Source: Candidatus Cloacimonadota bacterium
GTDB taxonomy: Bacteria > UBA4055
Length of the DNA: 64,000 nt
Reading direction: 5' to 3'
Assembly (NCBI GenBank): GCA_002742935.1
Contig: PDON01000065.1
Span: 6,894 to 70,893, forward strand
The notes beneath the pieces were generated by a model that ran no database searches, was not told where the DNA came from, and saw nothing but the letters and a program-made list of their open reading frames with translations. Positions 9,671 to 18,437 of the stretch are shown here, in pieces (position 1 is the first letter of the stretch; the number at the start of each line of letters is the position of its first letter). The translations under genes and the position numbers were made by a program.

Positions 9671-10684
9671 ATGAAGTATAATAGTGAAAATATAAGGAAA
9701 GAGAGATTAAGGGATATTATAGAGAACTACCCTTTCATTGAGACCTATTTTAGTGATAATAATTTTGATATCAACGATAAAACAGATCTTACTCTTGAAC
9801 AGTTTTTAGGGGAGTTTGATACGGCTAAAATAGAGGATGATGCTATAGATATAGAGAGTTTCTATCTAAATATTGTTGAGTTTATAGATCAAATGTCCCA
9901 ATTTTTAGGTCAAGAGGATGAGGGGATATCATCTATAACAATCCTTCCGGGACAGGACAAATCAAAAACTCCTGAAAAATTTGAAAAGTTTGAGATAAAA
10001 AAGGGTGAGGTTATATGTATTGTAGGGCCTACAGGTTCAGGTAAAAGCCGTTTACTTGCAGATATTGAGTGGGTTGCCCAAAACGATACACCTACAAATC
10101 GTAAAATACTTATAGATAATGATATACCTGATACAAAATGGCGTTTCTCTATCTCTGATAAACTGGTAGCTCAAATTTCCCAAAATATGAACTTTGTTAT
10201 GGATCTCACAGTCTCCGAGTTTATAGAGCTCCACGCAGAGAGTAGACTTGTGGAAAATAAGGAGGAGGTTGTTCAAAAGATTATCTCAAGAGCAAATGAT
10301 TTAGCTGGAGAAAAGTTTACTCTAGATACCCCAATTACAAGTTTAAGTGGAGGTCAATCGAGAGCTTTAATGATTGCTGACACTGCTATTTTAAGTAAAT
10401 CTCCAATTATTTTAATAGATGAGATTGAGAATGCAGGAATTGATAGAAAAGAAGCGTTGAAACTTCTTTTGTCTGAAGATAAAATTGTTTTAATGGCAAC
10501 TCACGATCCTATCTTAGCACTTTTGGGGGATAAAAGAGTTGTTATAAAAAATGGTGGTATAGATAAAATTATCCATACAACTCAAAAGGAGAGGGAGATT
10601 TTAGGAACTTTGGAGCATATGGATAAAACCCTATTATCCTATAGAACTAAATTGAGAAATGGTGAAAGATTAAACCAATTATAA
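9671..10684 (+). CDS. Soluble ABC-type ATPase with no transmembrane domain and an N-terminal extension of about 100 aa.
   Basis: Walker A GPTGSGKS, signature LSGGQ, Walker B IILIDE, H-loop ATHD. No hydrophobic segments. Confidence 0.75.
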   Translation: MKYNSENIRKERLRDIIENYPFIETYFSDNNFDINDKTDLTLEQFLGEFDTAKIEDDAIDIESFYLNIVEFIDQMSQFLGQEDEGISSITILPGQDKSKTPEKFEKFEIKKGEVICIVGPTGSGKSRLLADIEWVAQNDTPTNRKILIDNDIPDTKWRFSISDKLVAQISQNMNFVMDLTVSEFIELHAESRLVENKEEVVQKIISRANDLAGEKFTLDTPITSLSGGQSRALMIADTAILSKSPIILIDEIENAGIDRKEALKLLLSEDKIVLMATHDPILALLGDKRVVIKNGGIDKIIHTTQKEREILGTLEHMDKTLLSYRTKLRNGERLNQL

Positions 10685-10695
10685 AGGAGTAAATT

Positions 10696-10941
10696 ATGCC
10701 TCATGAAGGATGTAGTGGATCATTTGAGAATGGAAAACAGGTTGTAGATAAGGTAAGATTAATGGGGTTTGCAAACCAGTATATGCCAGTTCCTATGAAC
10801 CTTAAATGTGAAAATTGTAATAATGAGTTTGAGATGGAAAGATATGAGGAGCATTGCCCTAAATGCAATATGGTTTATGCTGTTACCCCTTGCCACGCTT
10901 TTGATCCATCAAATGTTTCTGCAGCAGGGATTGATTATTAA
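10696..10941 (+). CDS. Small Cys-rich zinc-ribbon protein.
   Basis: CENCN...HCPKCN, that is a CxxC-(17)-CxxC arrangement. Last gene of the tightly spaced operon. Confidence 0.5.
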   Translation: MPHEGCSGSFENGKQVVDKVRLMGFANQYMPVPMNLKCENCNNEFEMERYEEHCPKCNMVYAVTPCHAFDPSNVSAAGIDY

Positions 10942-11074
10942 TCGAAAATATTAAAACTTTTTTGGCAATAAGAGAAGTAAAATTAATATATTCTTCCAAC
11001 ATAGAAGTATAAAAATATTATATTTATATAAAAGTTATTTATACCTAAAGTAGCTTTGTTTTATCTGCCTTTAG

Positions 11075-11110
11075 ATCTCTTCTCCCCCTGAAATAGAGAA
11101 GAGATTTTAA
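11075..11110 (+). terminator. Intrinsic terminator downstream of the rrf2 operon.
   Basis: atctcttctc-(11 nt loop)-gagaagagat: a perfect 10-bp stem followed by tttaag, a T-rich tail. Confidence 0.6.
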
Positions 11111-11486
11111 GATTCTTTGCCGAGAGAGGATTATCAATTTAAATTGGTAATCCAACCTAAGTTTGATACAAGGTATTTATCAACTATGTAGTATAATAAA
11201 TAGAGTATCATATACAACTATATCAATCATTCTTGGAAAAGTTTTAAGACTTTTTTAAAATCTATAAACTTTTTATGGTACTTCTTTTGTAGTCAAAAGA
11301 AACAAAAGCCCTTCTATTTTTCGAAAATATGAAATTATATTGTATATGTTGTAAAAAAGATCAATATCAATCTATAAAATGGAAATGATGATTGAAAAAA
11401 GTCTTGATTTTGAGATAAGATAAACATACATTTATTATTTAAGATTTGAGAATTTAATCAATCATAAAGAGTAGTAAAAAACTAAT

Positions 11487-12131
11487 TTGAGGTGTATTAT
11501 GAATGACAACAAACAAAAGTATCTTCCCCACTTTCTACTGGTATTATACATAATTGAAGCTTCCCTTTTAGCCATAAACCCTTACGATAGATCTGTATGG
11601 TTTGTTGAGAATCTTCCTATTTTTATACCGGTAGCAATCTTAATTCTAACTTTCAATAAATTTAGATTCTCAAATCTATCCTATCTATTAATTACAATCT
11701 TTTTTATGTTTCATACAATAGGTGGACACTACACTTTTGAAAAAGTTCCCTTTGATTTTTTTAATAACCTTCTTTCTCACCTAAATTTAGATTTTATATT
11801 CCCTGAAGGTAGAAATAATTTTGATAGAGTTGGCCATTTTATGATTGGAGTTTTAGCATATCCTATAGCAGAACTATTTTTAAGGAAAAAGTGGGTATCT
11901 AATATTTCAACGGCAATTTTTTTAGGTATTATGACTCTAGGTTTTTGGGGTGCTCTGTATGAAATTATTGAGATGACCTATGCAATTATTGATGGAGGAG
12001 AAGCCGGAGCAGCATTTTTAGGATCCCAAGGAGATATATGGGATGCTCAAAAAGATATGCTTTTGGATATTTTGGGTGCTATATCCGTATTTATAGTTTT
12101 TGGATTTAGGTTGAGGGAAAATTTAGATTAG
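11487..12131 (+). CDS. Polytopic inner-membrane protein (YjdF/DUF2238-like).
   Basis: 5-6 hydrophobic helices, and NNFDRVGHF and HYTFEKVP motifs reminiscent of DUF2238. The start may be the second Met at 11499. Confidence 0.4.
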   Translation: MRCIMNDNKQKYLPHFLLVLYIIEASLLAINPYDRSVWFVENLPIFIPVAILILTFNKFRFSNLSYLLITIFFMFHTIGGHYTFEKVPFDFFNNLLSHLNLDFIFPEGRNNFDRVGHFMIGVLAYPIAELFLRKKWVSNISTAIFLGIMTLGFWGALYEIIEMTYAIIDGGEAGAAFLGSQGDIWDAQKDMLLDILGAISVFIVFGFRLRENLD

Positions 12132-12182
12132 ATAGCTATGAGTAGTAATTTTTACTATCTTACTATGAGTGTATAGCTTTAT

Positions 12183-12365
12183 TTGAGGATTAAAACGGTC
12201 AGAAAAGTAAGATATATAGATCTATTTGCTGGTATTGGTGGTTTCCATCAAGCTATGAATGGGTTTAATGCAGAATGTGTTTTCTCTTCTGAGTGGGATA
12301 AAGAAGCAGCAAAAACCTATTTTGAAAATTATGGTATTAAGCTACATGGCGATATCACAAAGATA
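12183..12365 (+). pseudogene. Remnant (about the first 60 codons) of a DNA cytosine-5 methyltransferase gene.
   Basis: Motif I YIDLFAGIGGF, then SEWDKEAAKTY and GDITKI, all typical of Dcm-type C5-MTases. After about aa 60 the ORF-track translation (12183..12542, TTG start) degenerates into low-complexity sequence. No PCQ or ENV motifs. Confidence 0.55.
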
Positions 12366-12683
12366 AAAGAGAAATCCAAGAGAAGAGTTACTAAAAAATA
12401 TAAAAGTCGTATTGTAAGAGAAAATATAAACCGGGAATCTCTTAAGTCAACAGCATTGACCCTGAAGCTACTCAAAGGGTACAACTATGTTGATCACCTT
12501 CCGTCTTCGGCCTCCCCCTCTTCTACCTCCCACGATCCATAGCTATTACATAAGATGGACTATTATTTTTATATTTTAATGAGGTAGATTTAATGATTTA
12601 TAATGAGATTATCGTTTATAATATTTGGGAGTGTGACACTTTTTCTATATATGCCACACTCCCCTTTTCCACGGAGAATGGAT

Positions 12684-13754
12684 TTAAAAATCTAAAAGCA
12701 TTGCACTATCACCTATATTTCTTATAACTTCAACTTTTGTACTATCTTTTAAACTACCAACACCTATGGTAACTATACTATCCCCTGTTTTTATACCACT
12801 TAAGATCTCAACTCTTTCGCTGTTTGTGTATCCTGTCTTTACACTATGCTTAAAAACAAGAGAATCTTTTACAACAAAAACAGCCCTCTCTTCATCTTCG
12901 GCCAATAGAGCACTTTTGGGGATAAGCATGGTATCCTCATGTCTATCATGCTCAATCTTAACTCTTGCAAACATACCCGGCTTTAAAAGATTCAAATTAT
13001 CAAAAACCCTTATCTTAGCCCTGGAAGTTCCTGAAGTAGGATCAATTACAGGATTGATCCTTACAATTTCACCTTTAAAACTCCTACTCGGAACAGCATC
13101 AAAACTTACCTTAGCTTCCAGACCCTTACCTATTTTATGAAGTTCAAGCTCCGGAATATCAACATCTAAACATAGCTCATCAAAGTCCTCTACCTCAAAA
13201 GCTTTTGCACCGTTGGTAATCATATTACCTAGAAAGATATCCCTTTTTGAAATAATACCATCTATGGAAGATCTTATTTCTGTATTATTTTTTGCCCATA
13301 AAAGTTGCTTATATCTATTCTCTGCTGTTCTAAATTTATATAGATAGTTTTCAAAAGCTTCATCACTTATAAATGTTTTTTTGTAAGATTTTTCTGCTCT
13401 TTTAAAATCTTTTTCACTCTTATCAAGCTCAATCTTTGCTGCTTTAAGATCTAAAATTTGCCTCTCATTTTCCAGTACTGCAAGAAGTTGACCCTTTTTT
13501 ACTTTATCACCTTCATCTACAAGAATTTTATCTACATAACCACTTGCTTTGGCAACTATTTTAGCATTTTTTTCAGTGTATAAACTTGCGGTTGATGAGT
13601 AATAGGCACTTATCATACCCTTGCCTACAACAGCTATCTCAATAGGTATTTTAACATCTTTCTTTTTATCATCTTTATTATTTTTATCGTTACAACTTAT
13701 TAGCATTGACATTATAATAAGAGAAAACGCTATAAAACTAACTATTCTTTTCAA
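12684..13754 (-). CDS. HlyD-family efflux periplasmic adaptor subunit, orphan (no cognate pump gene adjacent).
   Basis: Lipoprotein-type signal, barrel-sandwich/coiled-coil hairpin region and a C-terminal beta-barrel domain typical of membrane fusion proteins. Confidence 0.8.
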   Translation of the reverse strand: MKRIVSFIAFSLIIMSMLISCNDKNNKDDKKKDVKIPIEIAVVGKGMISAYYSSTASLYTEKNAKIVAKASGYVDKILVDEGDKVKKGQLLAVLENERQILDLKAAKIELDKSEKDFKRAEKSYKKTFISDEAFENYLYKFRTAENRYKQLLWAKNNTEIRSSIDGIISKRDIFLGNMITNGAKAFEVEDFDELCLDVDIPELELHKIGKGLEAKVSFDAVPSRSFKGEIVRINPVIDPTSGTSRAKIRVFDNLNLLKPGMFARVKIEHDRHEDTMLIPKSALLAEDEERAVFVVKDSLVFKHSVKTGYTNSERVEILSGIKTGDSIVTIGVGSLKDSTKVEVIRNIGDSAMLLDF

Positions 13755-14112
13755 AATACCTCCAAAAATTTGTACTTAAGCTCTTATACCTATTAAGATG
13801 TAAATAGGATTTATCCTCATATTAGTTAGAAGATAAAAGCTTCTATAAAATAGATATAATCCGACATAAAAACAGATATGGAACACTCTTTTTATGCAGA
13901 TTCTAACTATAAGACTTCACTTTTTTGTTAATGGTTGTCATCTTTTTGTATTTTTTATTTTTTTATACAGACAAAGAGGAGTAAATAAACGAAATCAACT
14001 GAAAAAGTCATAAACAGATAAATTTTAAACTTTTTCAGTTGACCATAAATAAAAAGGTTATAAATAATTTGAAGCTAAAATAAGATTCTCCTCAACTTAA
14101 CTAGAAAAAGTA

Positions 14113-15363
14113 CTACTTTACTACAATCCAAGCATTCTCAAAATCAATAGATTGAGATCTAAAAAACTCTCTCGCTTCTTCTGCCTCTTTTCTAGTATAG
14201 TATCCGCCAACCAAAACTTTGTAGAGAGTGCTACTATCTAAAATAACAATATTGCTATAACCAAGACTATTTGCTTTTTTCTCAACCTTTTTTGCCGATG
14301 CCCTACTACTGAAAGCTCCTAACTGAACATAAAACATATTTTCAGAAGATATTCTTTTCTTTACTTTACTCTCTTTAGAAAAGCTTCTACTTTTTTTACT
14401 CTCTCCATTCTTAACTATGAAAGAATCAGGGAAATCATTTTTTAATATTTCAAGCTTACTGTTTAAAGATCCCTTATCATAAATGTTTACCATAACCTTG
14501 TTGAGGCCACTACTTCTATTTATGAAACAATCATAATTCTTAGATTTAAGTCTATTTTTAATATTTTCTGCTTTATCTGAATTTGAAGTAACAAAAACCT
14601 GAACCTTTACAGGATTATCTCCTTTCTTAATATAATTATTTGAAAAAACACTCTCTTTCTTCTCACTACTATTTTTCACTTCAAAATTTTTGTATTCATT
14701 AAAAAGAACTACCTTAGATGATGTCAAACCAAACTCATTAACAATTTTTTCTCTTAAAAGCTCAGCCTCTTCCCTACTATAAAATTTACCTGAAAACACA
14801 AAAAAATGGTCATCTTTTTCTGAAATATAGTTGTCTTTTGGGAACCTTTTTTCAATAATATCTCTTACTCTAACAGCATAGCTATAGTTTTCACCTTTAA
14901 ATATATTTACGGAGTATTGTTCCTTCATAACTTTTGAACTTTTTTTGGATAATTTTCTAACCTTTTTAGGAAAAACATAAAGCTTTTTATAGCCTAGCTT
15001 AGCTATATCGGATTTTAAAATTTCAGCTTCATCTCTACTGGTACAATCTCCGGCATATATATAATATCTGTCTACAAGAAAATCTATGTATAAACCAACA
15101 TCTATAGAACCTTTAACCCTCTCCTTTATTGCTTCAGCTTCATCCAATGTTTCAACAGCATCAATTTTAACTCTATAACCATCAATAAGCTCACTTTTAT
15201 CTATATCTTTAACTTCCGGCTCCTTCTCTTTTATAGGTTCTACAACATTATTTACCTGATCTTTCTTAGGTTTATCTACTACACTACTTTTATTTTCTAA
15301 AGGAGTATTAACGGCACAAGAGATAAAAATTATTATCAATATTAAATTTAAAATAAACTTCAT
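14113..15363 (-). CDS. SPOR-repeat (peptidoglycan-binding) domain protein.
   Basis: Signal peptide. Several ~75-aa repeats of the form Y.VQ.GAF....A........G......, typical of SPOR. Confidence 0.6.
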   Translation of the reverse strand: MKFILNLILIIIFISCAVNTPLENKSSVVDKPKKDQVNNVVEPIKEKEPEVKDIDKSELIDGYRVKIDAVETLDEAEAIKERVKGSIDVGLYIDFLVDRYYIYAGDCTSRDEAEILKSDIAKLGYKKLYVFPKKVRKLSKKSSKVMKEQYSVNIFKGENYSYAVRVRDIIEKRFPKDNYISEKDDHFFVFSGKFYSREEAELLREKIVNEFGLTSSKVVLFNEYKNFEVKNSSEKKESVFSNNYIKKGDNPVKVQVFVTSNSDKAENIKNRLKSKNYDCFINRSSGLNKVMVNIYDKGSLNSKLEILKNDFPDSFIVKNGESKKSRSFSKESKVKKRISSENMFYVQLGAFSSRASAKKVEKKANSLGYSNIVILDSSTLYKVLVGGYYTRKEAEEAREFFRSQSIDFENAWIVVK

Positions 15364-15413
15364 AAATCCTCCAAAACTTCATACAATCTATTTGTACTTA
15401 CAGATTAAATTTT

Positions 15414-16214
15414 CTAAAAGATTATTGTAGATGATTTAAACACCGGACCTTCCTTACAAACAAGAAAGAAACCATTCCCGCCCCTTTTCTCTACAGCACA
15501 ACCTTGACATACCCCAATACCACAAGCCATAGGCTCCTCTAGAGAGACTTGAGTTTCAACACCTTTTTCCAAGAAGTAGTTTGATACAGCCCTCATCATT
15601 GGAGTCGGACCAACAACATATATATCATAATCTTTAAAATCTCCAAACTTATCTATACTACTTTTTAAAAGATCCAAAACATTTCCGTTAAAACCTACAC
15701 TTCCATTATCTGAGGTAATAAAAAGTTTAATATTGGAGCTAAGATATTTATCCAATTCAAAAAATTGAGATTTATCTCTATTACCCCAAATTAATGCTAC
15801 ATCTCTATCTTTCTCTAAAAAATACTCCATAAGATATTTTATAGGAGCAATACCTAAACCTCCGGCAATCAGCAACTTTTTCTTATCATTATCAATATCA
15901 AAAAAGCTATTTCCCAAAGGTCCTGAAACATTGAAAACTTTACCAATCTTTAAATTTTCTTTAAATATATTTGTTCCTCTGCCAACCACATCAAATATGA
16001 GCTGAAAATTGTTTCCATCTATTGAAGATATGGCAAAAGGTCTTCTCAAAACAGGAATTGAGTTTTCAGTATTTGAAACTTGAACATTTATAAACTGTCC
16101 CGGCTTTGAATCTTTTACTATCTCTTTTGATTCTAACCAAACAGAGTATATATTTTTAGACTCCTCTTTAAAATCAACAACTTTTGCTTTTGACTCGTAG
16201 TATATTTTACACAT
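15414..16214 (-). CDS. PyrK-like FAD/NAD(P)-binding oxidoreductase subunit with a C-terminal 2Fe-2S motif (dihydroorotate dehydrogenase electron-transfer subunit / NfnA family).
   Basis: RRPFAIS FAD-binding motif, GGLGIAP NAD motif, and C-terminal C-G-I-G-V-C-Q-G-C cluster. Confidence 0.75.
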   Translation of the reverse strand: MCKIYYESKAKVVDFKEESKNIYSVWLESKEIVKDSKPGQFINVQVSNTENSIPVLRRPFAISSIDGNNFQLIFDVVGRGTNIFKENLKIGKVFNVSGPLGNSFFDIDNDKKKLLIAGGLGIAPIKYLMEYFLEKDRDVALIWGNRDKSQFFELDKYLSSNIKLFITSDNGSVGFNGNVLDLLKSSIDKFGDFKDYDIYVVGPTPMMRAVSNYFLEKGVETQVSLEEPMACGIGVCQGCAVEKRGGNGFFLVCKEGPVFKSSTIIF

Positions 16215-16253
16215 TTTTGCCTCTCTTAAAACTTTTCATAATATTGGAATATT

Positions 16254-17696
16254 CTATCTTGAGTATACATAATATCTTTTATTTTTAAAGATCTTATTAC
16301 TTTTAAGATTATTTATTTTCTTAAATTGGGATTGAGTCATACCAAACTTCTTACAAATTCTACCTATGTAATCTCCATACCTAGCCTTATACTTTTTGAA
16401 ATTATATCCTCTAAGATATAAAGTAGTTCCAACATTGAGATAAGATTTAGATGTTGACCTTGGATTCCACCTTTTTATAGATTTAACATCAGTCTTATAA
16501 AGCTTGGCTATTTTACCTAGAGTATCACCCCTTCTAACTTTATACTTCAAAGAGATATAAGAAGATCTCTTTTTAACACTTTTTCTACTCTTCTTTCTCT
16601 TTTTTCTCTTCTGCTTTTTAAACTTTTCAGGATTCTTTTTATAGATATTATAAGATTTTTTCCATTCAATATTCTTATTACCCAAATTAGTAGCTTCAAA
16701 ACCTATATCATTAGGATTGGAAAGTATAATTGAGAACGCAACAAACTCACTGAAAGAGGGATCATCTATATCCAAAGATGAAACACCGTTTCTAAAAGCT
16801 GTTCCTCTATCTTTAAGAATTGTAGAGACTATATCTAAATGATTTTTTCTACTGTTTCTCTTTACTCTCTTTACAAATTCAGCTGTAGAAGCTCCAATAT
16901 CACTTCTCATACCCAAGAATCCACTCCTTTCAAGCTTCCAAATTCCTCCACTATTTTTATTGTTATAGTAGGCTGAAAGAACTGAAGGTATAAATGAATA
17001 GTATTCAGGTAGAGATTCTAACTTTAGTATATCTTTTAAAAAGGATTCATATTTGCTATATCTTAAAAAAACCTCTTTAAGATTAAACAGATCATACTTT
17101 AATTCAGTATAATGAACGGCAACAGAACTGATAAATTGTTTGTTTCTAAGCCTTCTGTCTTTATAGATCCTTTTTATCTTATCTTCAATATATCTGTTCA
17201 ACTCCCCGGTTTCATCACTTTTTTCAGCATCCCTTGTTTCAATAACAAGCTGCTTAGTTGGAAAAGATCTATAGAGAGAGTTATATATTTTAAACATCTC
17301 GTCACTATCCCTTAAATGGGGGTTGTAACTATTTCTCGAAAGATCAAGAATCATTAGAGAATCACTTAATCTTTCTTCAGGATATAAATATTCAAGATTC
17401 TCAATAATAATATCAAAAAGCAGTTTAGCGGATCTGAGTTCTCCATTTGAGTAGTACTCCAACATCTCCAGATACCTGCTCTCACATCTGTTTAAAATCT
17501 GCTCTTTTTCAATCTTTACTACCTCATTGTTTGAACCACTACCGGCATCAACCATAAGCTCTGAAAGAGTTACATAACTCATATTTTCAAGATTCTGTGA
17601 ATCCTTTACAGATTCTACTCTGCCCTCATAACTTCTAAAAGGTTTAGTGGCACATGAAACAAGGAATAAAAATAGTAATACTACATATATTCTCAT
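16254..17696 (-). CDS. Secreted LysM-domain protein, MltD-like peptidoglycan-binding protein or lytic transglycosylase.
   Basis: Signal peptide. Two C-terminal LysM motifs (YKVRRGDTLGKIAKLY..., YKARYGDYIGRICKKF...) separated by a basic linker. Confidence 0.6.
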   Translation of the reverse strand: MRIYVVLLFLFLVSCATKPFRSYEGRVESVKDSQNLENMSYVTLSELMVDAGSGSNNEVVKIEKEQILNRCESRYLEMLEYYSNGELRSAKLLFDIIIENLEYLYPEERLSDSLMILDLSRNSYNPHLRDSDEMFKIYNSLYRSFPTKQLVIETRDAEKSDETGELNRYIEDKIKRIYKDRRLRNKQFISSVAVHYTELKYDLFNLKEVFLRYSKYESFLKDILKLESLPEYYSFIPSVLSAYYNNKNSGGIWKLERSGFLGMRSDIGASTAEFVKRVKRNSRKNHLDIVSTILKDRGTAFRNGVSSLDIDDPSFSEFVAFSIILSNPNDIGFEATNLGNKNIEWKKSYNIYKKNPEKFKKQKRKKRKKSRKSVKKRSSYISLKYKVRRGDTLGKIAKLYKTDVKSIKRWNPRSTSKSYLNVGTTLYLRGYNFKKYKARYGDYIGRICKKFGMTQSQFKKINNLKSNKIFKNKRYYVYSR

Positions 17697-17974
17697 ATTA
17701 AGCTTCCAATAAATAGTTCAAAATACAATCAAAACAGATTAATTTTAAAATCTTTTGGAAATAAAATCTAAACTGTTTCGATTGTATCATATTATAATGA
17801 TAGGTTAAAATCAAGTAAAATAACAGATATAATATTATAAATTTAATAAAAAAATTATTAAAAACATATTTCAATATGAAAACTTAAGTTTATTCAAAAA
17901 TTACCGATATATCTATATGAGGGTTTTGGAAAACTTATGAAAGAGAACTATATTCATACAAGGAGTTCTATAAT

Positions 17975-18346
17975 ATGGAAGATATGTTTAAAAAAGATAA
18001 AATAAAGTGGTTTCTGTTAATGATTATATTTGGAATGATTGCTATTTTCCTTAATCAGTCCACACAGTATCAATCTACTTATAGATCTTTTTTTAGAGAA
18101 ACTACCGGTATTTATATTCAAATGATGGATGTAGCTTTCTCCATTCTATTCTCAATATTTTTTACTATTGCTCTCTACTTTATTGCAAAAATATTTTATA
18201 GAATAATTATATTTATTCTCTCTGACGCAAAAGATTTTATAAATGTAATAAACCCCCAAAAGGAGAGCTTATTAGATTTTATAGAGTTTGCACCCGTTGA
18301 TAAAGATGGAAATATGATACCTATCAAAAATAAAAAGTTAAGTTAG
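17975..18346 (+). CDS. Small hypothetical membrane protein.
   Basis: Two predicted TM helices. No family recognised. Confidence 0.3.
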   Translation: MEDMFKKDKIKWFLLMIIFGMIAIFLNQSTQYQSTYRSFFRETTGIYIQMMDVAFSILFSIFFTIALYFIAKIFYRIIIFILSDAKDFINVINPQKESLLDFIEFAPVDKDGNMIPIKNKKLS

Positions 18347-18437
18347 GTGCTTGGGAGTAACTACTTAACCAATAATTTATAAAACTGATCCCCCCGGTAA
18401 AAAGAGATTGTTGTAAAAGCCTATATTCCTCAACAAT

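Noticed and set aside
12183-12542. The ORF-track 119-aa ORF as an intact DNA methyltransferase.
   Set aside because: Only the first ~60 residues match C5-MTase motifs. The remainder is low-complexity and lacks the PCQ, ENV and target-recognition regions. Called as a remnant instead.
12766-13140. Numerous short ORFs embedded antisense in or overlapping larger genes (for example 698..910, 874..1095, 12766..13140, 19086..19283, 19681..19935, 20009..20260, 20837..21070, 32505..32696, 33647..33865, 48385..48661, 48730..49228, 53513..53963).
   Set aside because: They lie entirely within well-supported longer CDSs on the other strand or frame. They have no RBS and their composition is low-complexity or Ser/Leu-rich, typical of antisense translation of AT-rich genes.
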